A stretch of DNA of 57,706 bases, counting the filler, from Sphacelaria rigidula (taxonomy: Eukaryota): assembly GCA_964200075.2 (NCBI GenBank). It is 5 parts of 5 records of this genome, joined end to end, with 100 filler letters (N's around TTAATTAATTAA, not from the genome) between each part and the next. Parts side by side here need not be neighbours in the genome. Positions count along the whole stretch, not along the records: positions 46,247 to 57,706 come from CAXNAA020004899.1; 4 more parts are not named here. The stretch is one strand, 5' to 3'. The stretch's first letter is position 1; every line of letters starts with the position of its first letter. Made by a program: the position numbers and the translations under genes. This document shows, piece by piece, positions 48,748 to 57,706 of the stretch. The notes below the pieces were generated by a model that had not been told where the DNA came from, made no database searches, and saw only the letters and a program-made list of their open reading frames with translations.

Positions 48748-49843
48748 TCTGAACGGCCTCAGATGTATCTGTTGCTGTCTTTTACACTTCTCAGCGTTTT
48801 CTGCGACTATAGTAGATCCTCGAATGTTGTACTATATCCACCAGCGCCGACACCAAACCATCTCTCTGCTGCGTGATCCTCTCTCCTCACCTGATGCCCA
48901 GGGAAATAATTAATTTGACATTGCGGAGACAATCAATCGCAGGGGCTCTCAACTTCCGCAAACTTCAAATCCAGGCAGGCGAAGTTTTAAACTTTCGATT
49001 TGTAGGTTCGTGTTCGAATAATTTTCTCGAACGAGAAGTGCCGCCGTCGTGGCAGCACGAGCAGCAGTAACTCACGGCCTGCCTGCAGCTCCGGTTTCAG
49101 CGTTGCAACTGGTGGCTTGGACGGTAGTGGTCGGAGGCTTCGGAGACTGCACTCTGCATCAGAAAAAGCGATGGTGACGATTCAACTCAAGAGGAGACAG
49201 CAGCGACCAGAAGGAACTGTTCAGGCGGTACAGGACGTCCAGAGCAATCCTGGACGTCATGAATATCCCCGCAGGCGACGACTTTTTGAAGGAAACTACT
49301 CAGGTAATTGTCACATCATCAATACTGTGTGTAAATATTGGCCGCAGCCGAAAAATTAAGCCCTCTTGCGGTCATCACAAGGGTGACTGTTCAAGGCTCA
49401 TTATGCCGGTTTGGGAGGTGAATTCACCTCCGGGGGTCCGGGAGGTACAGGCAGTGACTCTAACGAGCCCCGAAGAGTCCATGGCTGAACGAATAATTGG
49501 TTTATGTCAAAGGGTATTACCCTAGCATGTCCTTTGGTTTTAGTATACAAGACGATTCTATTCCGACATTGTGGTGAACAGTCCCGAGCGTTCGCCAGCT
49601 TGCGCACGTGTTTTTGCTGAAATCGTCGCCAGCAGCGCACCCTCTCCTGCATCCCGTTGCCCGGGGGTTCTCGGCATGTCTCGGAGCGGGGTTGGGATTG
49701 GTTACGTAAGTTTGAGGTCTGGTAATAAGACTGCTATGCGGTTCTAGGAGGGTTACGGTTTCACATGTGCACCGATTCAGTTTTGTTTTGGCTTGGGTAC
49801 GTTCATCATGTGACCACAGCTGGATCCCTGGGGGGTCAGTTAA

Positions 49844-49945
49844 CCCTTAGACCGCGAGGGTAGCCCATCTGGACCTCGCATACGTACCTTTTTCAAGTGA
49901 AGTTGATGCCGATTCAACAGATGACCTGCTCTCGTCGTCCAAGGG
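49844..49945. mobile_element. About 100-bp piggyBac-type MITE inserted in a LINE tail
   Basis: Flanked by TTAA and TTGA, and splits the tail motif GGTCAG-TTAA-AGTGCAACAATCAATC. Confidence 0.8.
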
Positions 49946-49954
49946 TTGAAGTGC

Positions 49955-49988
<34 letters not shown>

Positions 49989-50032
49989 CCGACAAGATGC
50001 CCATCATAACCAGTTTGATTGTCGGATTTTAA

Positions 50033-50132
50033 CCCTTTGGCCGTAAGGATAGGTCACCTGCAGAATCGGCATCACTTACACTTGAAAAAAGTATGCGTGA
50101 TCCAGTGGACTACTCGCATCGCGGTCTGAGGG
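50033..50132. mobile_element. About 100-bp piggyBac-type MITE (opposite orientation)
   Basis: TTAA|CCCTTTGG...GCGGTCTGAGGG|TTAA. Confidence 0.8.
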
Positions 50133-50870
50133 TTAACTGAGTTTGCCGAAGACTTGAAGCTCATACCGTCTATGGATGCGCTGTCGCGATACACGCGCCA
50201 TATACAGTAGATTACTAAGTATTACTAGTAGCATGTTGAATTACTTTCAAAGAATCCATCGTGCAAGCTACTCGTAGTGTTGTTCTTTTTCAACGATGAA
50301 TACATTTTCGGTGTTTTAATATTGCACCGATTGCAGTACTCCAGCTCGAGCAGTCATGTTCCACAGCATCAATCGTACTGAGCCCAGAGGTCATTCTGAA
50401 AAGAGACGTGATGAAAATCAGCACGAACAGCTGGCGCAATAGGCATTCATCCTTGGTAGAAGAATTAGTACCGCGACGGAGACCCGTAACTGCGCAAATC
50501 CCGAGCGGTTGCTCAAAACCTGCCCCGCTCTGGGAGTTAGTAGCAGTCGGCACTGCGTCAGAGCTGCGGGCCCCACTCTGTGGACACGGGTAGTGTACTG
50601 CTTACGGTGTCTGGCTTGGAATTAGACTTGCATTATCCCATAACGGGTCACGTTGTCGAACAGTAAATACTCCGCAAGAGCTCGGAGAAGTGGAAGTTGC
50701 TGGACCACTAAAACATTCACATACACGTACAAACCCTTATCCACCTTACGCTCTTTCTGATACCAGGAGAAGGTCGTATAAAAAGAAGAAAAACAGTCGA
50801 AGGAACAGCACAGAAGTCTCCTTGCTCTGTTGGCTGCCTGCTGTTACGACGATTGGCAGGTGATGAGGCG

Positions 50871-51144
50871 GGTTCACGCGAATCTGGCGGCAAAAATCAT
50901 CGTTAAACATACTCGTTTTTTGTCAAACTCTGACACTAACCGAAAGCCTGAGCCTAAGCCTAACACCAACCTACAGTAAGGTTGAACCCACGAGCAAGGG
51001 GGCTCAAATCGGCGCCACAACCAAAACGCGTGCTGCGCACGCTGGACGAGCGCTTGAGATTGTGAAGCCTGTTAAGATCCGAATTTGTACACTAAAACCA
51101 AGTATTTTCAACCAAAGGTTTTTGCCGCCGATTTCGCGTGAACT
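50871..51144. mobile_element. MITE containing telomere-like hexamers
   Basis: TIR GTTCACGCGAATCTGGCGGCAAAAA versus TTTTTGCCGCCGATTTCGCGTGAAC, with degenerate CCTAA(C/G) units at about 50935-50972. Confidence 0.7.
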
Positions 51145-51863
51145 CTACTCGTTATCGTTGTTCCATCATGACCTGCGTATGTCTTCCATAGTGGCGCAAC
51201 GATAGTGGCGCAGCGATGATTGGTCTAAACCACCAAGCGGTCCGAAGCTAGATAACACGTAATTTTGAGACTTTTCACCGCCCGGGTGGGTCGCATGTTG
51301 AATCGGCATCATTTTCACTTGAAACGTGAATGGTAGACCCGGATCGCCCACCCTGGCGGTAGAAGGTTACGAACATCCTCGCCCGCAAATCCTTCACATT
51401 TCTTAGAACTTTTTCGTGGCTTTTCGGAGGCATTTAACCGCTCGACCCCTCGGCATCGTTTCGGAACATTATCACTGGCTGACAGTCCAGGGGTTTCAAA
51501 GTTTTTGACGGGGCGGGGGAGGGGGGGGGCATTCGGGTTGCCCGCTCTCCGACGATGCTTCCCAGATCCACCACGCGTGTTTCTAGGAAAATTCTAGGGT
51601 GGGCAACAGGCCTGAAGGCGGTTGGAGCGACCGTTTTTGAATGCTGGACTGACCCATGGTGTACCTTACCAATTTCCCAATAGCGCCCACCCGGAGGTAA
51701 GCTGCCTTCGACCAAATGAACAATGACTACTCGACCCTTGAAGCGCGCGCGCGCGCGCGCACACACACACACACACACAAGGTGGCTTTTGCTCTCTGCG
51801 CAGTCGTTGCTATCTGCCTACCCCCGCTTACGTCGTAAAGAACTGCGCACTGTAAGCCGCCGC

Positions 51864-52160
51864 GCCCCGTTGGTGTAATGGTCCGACTGTCGCCACTAGG
51901 GTGGAGAGAAGGGGGGTTCGATTCCCGATGCATCGGGTTTTTTCTTCGTAATGTATGATTTCCACCGTGGAAAGCGTGAGAACGTGAGTAAACAAGTAGT
52001 CGGCTGGGTTTGTGTGACGTGAGTTGACGCAATGCTGATAGTCATGACCCAATCCGCGAGACCAAAATGCAATGCGTGTACCGGGGAAGAGATGGGTTGA
52101 TCCCTGAAGACCACGGACTCATCCCGAGGAAGGGGAGGGGTTCAAAGTGTGAGAAAAAAA
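51864..52160 (+). mobile_element. tRNA-derived SINE, family B
   Basis: A box TGGTGTAATGG, B box GGTTCGATTCCC, and a 3' block GACCACGGACT..CCCGAGGAAGGGGAGGG. Related copies at about 23455-23760 (+) and 15800-15940, 27330-27590, 28110-28190 (-). Confidence 0.75.
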
Positions 52161-52254
52161 ACAACAACTGTTGAACACTGAGTATAGATGAAGTCAGTGT
52201 ATACTGTACTGCAGTACACACTGTTGTTGCGCCAGCGGTGGTGGCTCTCCTATT

Positions 52255-55200
52255 GGTGCCTTTCTCCGTATTAGCCCCCTGCTTGCGGCGTACGTCGGAT
52301 TGGCCGGGCTCTTCGCACCGCCCCACCTACTGGAACTCCTTTGCGCCCTCCTCGATCCTCCGGTGTCACTAACGCACGTTCGTAGTGCCAGTAATCAGCT
52401 CTTGCGAGTCTTTGACCTCAACACCTTATACGAATCACTTCCTTCGTTCTCCCTAGCGCGGGACAGCCCCAAGGCCAGCCCACGTTTTCCTTGAGGTGAT
52501 CCCCCAGTGTTTCGGGGGGCAACCAGCCTCCTCACGTTCTGGTCAAGTCAGTCGTCTGAACATCATCCGCTGCGGGAGACGTGTTTTGTCCTGGTGGACA
52601 AGGACCCTCACAAGCGAGGGTGATGCTCGATACGCATTTGGCAAGGTTCGAAAAATGACGGAACCTGTGGGTGTAAGTGCTTGACCTGAGAATTGCGAGG
52701 GAATAGTTTTTCTTGACGAGATCATTACGCTTGCAACGTGCGTCCTTGTAGAAGCGCTCAAACATGAAAATGTCCAGCTGGAGAGGGCAACGAAGGAGGG
52801 ACGCAAGCACACGAGGACACGAGCACATACGTTGCCGTAAGCTACGAAAGAGTGTGTGTCCGACGCAATCGTCCCGGCGAAAGTCAACCGCTCGTAAAAG
52901 AAGCTCGTGGTGGGCAGTGCGCTGGTTCTAGAAGTCTTTTTGGGCACAGCATCAACGCATCACACGTGTGCGGCATAGCTCCCACCATCTCCCCTTTGAG
53001 CGGTCGGATTATAGGTGATGTCTAGGCGTAGGGTCGATCGTAGAGTTGGGAACCATACTTTCGGAGATGTGCTTGCAAAGCGCTTATGCGGCGTATGGTC
53101 TCCATCGAAGTGTCCTCTTCTTCGGTGATAGCACCGCCAAAGTAGACACAGTCGACCTTCTGCTTCTACCGTTGGCGTACCGCCTCGATGTGCATTGCGG
53201 CCTTTGGGGGGCTGATGACTGAGCGCAGACGAATGACCTTTATCTTGTTCTTCGATACCATTGGTTCGAACTCCTGGCAGACCCTTGCCGTCACAGTCAT
53301 CGTCTTCACGAGCCCGCCTGGGGACATCGAGATCATGCCTGCATCCGTGTACAGTATTCCCAACACCGTGCCTCGCGTCCTCTCCAGCGGCGTCTCTCTC
53401 TTGGATCAATTATCTTCATTCTTCAGCGTATGGTTTCGATATACGAAGTATGAGGCTATGGCCGGGTCTACGGCGAAACGCTGCAAGACAAAATCCGTAT
53501 GCTGCGCCGAACGTGTTGAATACTAGTACGGGTAAAACGCATTCCTGCCTTAGTCCCTGGCAGCCGTGGAACCACTCTGATAGCCTTCCATCATCCAGGT
53601 GTTGGTGAGCTCACACCCTATCGTGGGACATATGGAAGACCTTGATCATGCGCGGCGAGACTCCGGAACGGACCAACACTTTCCATTGGAGCGTTCGGTC
53701 GACGGGGTTGCATGTCTTCCAATGAGATCCCGCTTACCCGTTTCAGCGGTTGTAGTGGGAGTACGGTGTACATCATGCCCGTGGTCGAGTTTTATCGCCG
53801 GAATCCGGAATGTTTTTCTGGGCGAATCCTTGCCCCCTCGCAAAAACGGCAAAAGCTTTGGGCTACGATTGAGGAGCAATATTCCAACATACACCGAGAC
53901 AGAGAGGTATCACACCGGATTGCAGGCTTTTCTAGTGTGCCCCCTTGATAATCGCGTGCTACCACTTTCGCGGCACCTCGCCCGACGTCCGAATATCAGT
54001 AATACTGTGGAAACTGCACAGGGTCTCCGGAGGAATCACTGAAGGCTTTTAGACGAATGCAAGCTGAAGGAGCTCAGCTGGTAGCCCACCCGGTTCCATC
54101 GCATTGCCGTTGGCCATAGCTCTCAGTTCTTCTTCCGCTTCATCCGGGATCGAAGAGTCTCCAACGTGTGGCGGAGCTTTCGGCAGTGGTGTGACGTTCT
54201 CGATTATGAGTGGATGGAGAGTGGTCAATGTTCTATTCGGCAAAGAGTCAAGATGTCGTTCCCGTTTCTCACAGATCTTATCCCTGTGCCGTAACACTTC
54301 CCGCTTCTCGTCCGCGATCTTGTTGATATACCTATAACCCGCTTTCGAGTTCCCAGCCCTCTAGTCTACGTCGTCCTTGTAGATGCCTGTACTTGTCTTC
54401 CATGTCCCCTATTTTTGTACCCCAGTTTCCTCGCATACCTGTCAAGGTACTTGTCCATCCCAGCTTGAATCGCCTGCTTGCGTCTTCTGCACGCGGTTCG
54501 CAAGCTGCGCCAAGTGGGACTATCTCTCGACCCCACTCGCGTCGCCGACCTCACCCTCTCTCACTCATGCTAGGCCTCTTTGGACTCGACCCGGATCACA
54601 GAAAGTTCCGGTCAGGCTTGTGCACGGGGCTGTTGCATTGGGCTTTGCGTTGCCATCTCGTGTGTCGGCACAGTTGGCAGCCAGTTCACCGACGGTATCT
54701 CCGCGTTCGCCCTGGACGTTGTTCACGTATGCCGGTGCCAGATATTATGTCTCGTCTATCTATGGGCGTGTACCCGGTGAGGGGCTGCCGTGTTCTGTTT
54801 CATGCTGCTCTGCTCAGGCGTCTCACATTGGCGAGTACGGTGTTGTGGTCTGTCCGGCGAGTTGGGCGATTGCAGTTGGACATCGTTATTTTGAATAAGC
54901 CGGTGGTGGGCTTGTCGTGTTACGGTAGTCCATACGCTTCTTATCGGCGGGACGGCTCGCAACACCGCTAGATATACGCGGCGTGATCCCCTGGGGGTTG
55001 AGGCATGTTGACCAGGGAAAGACTGGTGTCACCTGTACGCATTGCGGTAGCCATTGCTGTCCTTGGGCAGGGGGTCATTTTCCTGTGCTCCTTCCATTTT
55101 ACGACCCTGCTCTCCTGCTTGTACCCCTGTGCTGGCGTCAGCGTCCATGAAAACAAGCCGGTGGTCGTTGCTGGAGACTGAGCTCACAGTGCTTTCCACC

Positions 55201-55590
55201 TCAGTCTAGAGCATATCCTCTCTTATCTGGTACTGACCTGCCTGTGGGGGCATCGGCAACGCCTAATAAACAAGCGTTCAGTTTGCTTCGCCAGGTTGAA
55301 AGCCGGGGACATGAGGCGCTTGCTTTTGAACGCCTGTGTCCGCATAGCCTTGCGGATTATCATCCATTTGAGCGCTGTTCGATTTCCATGTCGTTTAGCC
55401 CTACAGCAAAAGACGCGGTGTCGGGGGTTAGCGGAACGAGTCCCGACCGTGGGCGTGTTCCCTGCTGTTCGGTGGTTATACTCTATTACTTTGCACTTTT
55501 GCACACCACAACATAGCCAGTCCCGTTTTATGTCGTGAGGGGGAATGTACGAATGTTGTAGGTCGCTAATGTGTGTTTCCCGGTGTTGCA
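52255..55590 (-). mobile_element. Decayed near full-length RTE-type non-LTR retrotransposon (AP endonuclease plus reverse transcriptase)
   Basis: Minus-strand fragments occur in correct order with many stops and frameshifts: endonuclease-like (QKCKV...HRVFCC; KRLMSPAFNL), LRAMANGNAMEPGGLPAELL, SEWFHGCQGLRQECVL, GILYTDAG (degenerate YADD), CVYFGGAI, RKYGSQLYDR, RLPQRMMF, GVEVKD. Confidence 0.88.
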
Positions 55591-57706
55591 CCTAGGGTGC
55601 GAGCGATATATTTACCGTTACGATATCGTCGTTGATCCATTTTTTTATGCACATGCCTCCGTTTTGGTCTCGCGGGGGTGTACTTATGATCATGCATGCC
55701 ATAGTCATCAGACCATTTAACTCGCATCCCTACAAAGCCGGGACGAAGCGCGCCGGTTTTTCGCGGATCCCGCGGGGGGGGGAGGGGGAAGTTGCAGGGG
55801 TTCCGGCCAGTGTCGACCGCTATCTCCAGTCCGTCGTATCCGTCACGTACTTACTCGTGTCTGGGTCACTTGCTTATTCTTGTCTCATTTTCATCAAGGT
55901 GCGTGCAGGAACAGGTTCCCAACCCTGGACCTCCGCAGCGGCGGGGTCGTCCTCGGGTCATGCTATCGGGTACAGCTCCGTAACCGCAGGATTGAGCTCC
56001 AAGCCTAAACCTAGCGACACCTCCAACCGGCTAGTTTGAAGGTTCATCTACCACGGACACAGTCCACAGACTAGTGTATCCGTCCCGCCAGTATCTTCTA
56101 CATGCGTGGCTGAATCGTGTGCTGACTGGATTAGGTTATCCCGGTACAGGTATCCGCAAATCAGGCAGCGATCGGAAGCGGAGGGAGAGGACGCACCATT
56201 TTGTGCCTGATTCCTACATTCCCGGTCCTCGCCCGTACGGTACAAATCAATCGTACATGTTATACCTTGATTCGTGTCGTCCCCTGCCGTATAGAGGAAA
56301 CGTACATTTTCCCCGCCCTTGATTCGTACTGTACGAATGAAAATAGTACATTTCTCACCATCGTCATTCACGGGGCGTGATCCCTTTTTTATGAGGTTTC
56401 CCTAGCCATCATTCGTGCGGCAATACCCCTGTACGGATTGTGACGAACTGTCATTCATACCGTGCGCTTATTCCGTACGTTGTCTTCCGCTCGCCATTTG
56501 TGCGGTGCGACTCTTGAACGCGTTTTTCTACGTATCGTTCGCACGGCACGATCGTTGATTTTGATCAGATGCCAAGCATGTGGCATTTTTCCCCCATATA
56601 CTTTTGCCAGCAAGTGGTTCGTACGCATGACTTTGTCGCACATTCTGGTACCCTGCCCTTTGCATGTCACGGCATTTTCATACAAATGTCTGGCGCGTGG
56701 CATGCGCTCAAGTAGAAGCTGTACGAGCTTCGAGTGCCTTACACGGATGACATGATGAAGATCCACTGAGAGCATGCTTCCTTATCCGTATGCTCTCGGA
56801 AATACTCGCCACAGGTTGTTGTGCGATTTGTTTTTATAGAAAACAGTTCGCTTCGTGCTCAGCGCTTTTTTTGTCCATGTAAGATGGGCTCTTTCTCCTG
56901 ATATGAGTATTTCGTTGCTGGGAACCCCCTCGAGGAAGAGTAGACCAAGGGAAAAATTAGTGACCTCTATGCTGACGACGTCGGGCTTTCCTTCAGAAAC
57001 ACGCGTTTTGACTTTCGCGTCCTAGCTGTGGAGAACAGAACGAGAGATGACTGCCGACACGCCCTCTAGGTTCTTCCCTCCATCAGTCTGGAACTTGAAC
57101 GGTTTAACGCGTCTCGCTCAACACAAATACGTATTAGAGAGTTTCGCAAACACAAAACCGTCCGGAAAAACTCAGGGTCAAGACGGGTCAGGATTTAGCA
57201 GTTGAAGTTTAAGGCCAGGATATGACGAATTCCCCTAGGTAAACCCCGAAAACTGAACCCTGAGAAGAGACATGCGCAGCAACTCAGCGTTAATTTTCAA
57301 TTTTTCAAAAAAAAAACTGAGTTGCTAGACACCCCAAAGCGTTGGTGCCAAATTCAGGGCTATGAAACGGAACCAGACACCCTGCCCCATAACGACCAAG
57401 GTTACAGAACACAGCCGTAGGACAAATATCATAAGTGAGGCGGTGGCGGATGTCGTGAACGCCCGCGACAGCGCTGGTGACGGCAGCTCGTTCACAAGGG
57501 TGACCCAAAACTACGAGGAACACTTGGAAGCGAACGGGGGAGCCGAGACACCAGTCGACCTGGCTTATGATGATACGAAAGGTCGGGAGTCGGCCGCTGA
57601 AGCAGCTGCTATGAGGGCTTGACGAAATGGCAACCCAACGAGAAGCTTAAGTTAGCTCGCGCAGTTATACCACCGTTGAGTGGCCATTTTGTCGAGATCC
57701 CCGTAG

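Noticed and set aside
56455..57706. Coding remnants near the window end (56455-56775 -, 57362-57622 +)
   Set aside because: They look vaguely protein-like, but I recognise no motif or consistent splice model, so they cannot be supported without a search.

Overview
This is eukaryotic, intron-rich, transposon-dense DNA. The intron style, LINE/SINE families and gene content suggest a brown alga (Phaeophyceae); that assignment is inference. The window is not one locus. It is five contigs in descending size order (1-11463, 11564-23024, 23125-34585, 34686-46146, 46247-57706) joined by artificial 100-nt N44-TTAATTAATTAA-N44 spacers. Each contig holds part of one recognisable spliced gene: (1) a Gfo/Idh/MocA oxidoreductase N-terminus (+); (2) about 21 exons (~1060 codons) of a TMEM94/KIAA0195-like P-type-ATPase-related protein (+); (3) three xanthine dehydrogenase exons (-), probably with a GC-AG intron; (4) four exons of a BSDC1-like BSD-domain protein (+); (5) a ribose-5-phosphate isomerase A N-terminus (-) with a 16-nt micro-exon. 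Introns are packed with LINE 3' ends, two tRNA-derived SINE families, piggyBac-like and Stowaway/mariner-like non-autonomous elements, and foldback MITEs. Contig 5 also carries a near full-length decayed RTE-type LINE. The most unusual items are a 1.6-kb element with an 8-bp target duplication carrying a CRISPR-mimicking hairpin array, a 1.7-kb element with perfect 36-bp TIRs and a 4-bp ACAT duplication inserted in the centre of a palindrome, and the TMEM94 homologue's degenerate phosphorylation motif. I see no convincing new multi-gene system, and most ORFs in the supplied track are spurious.
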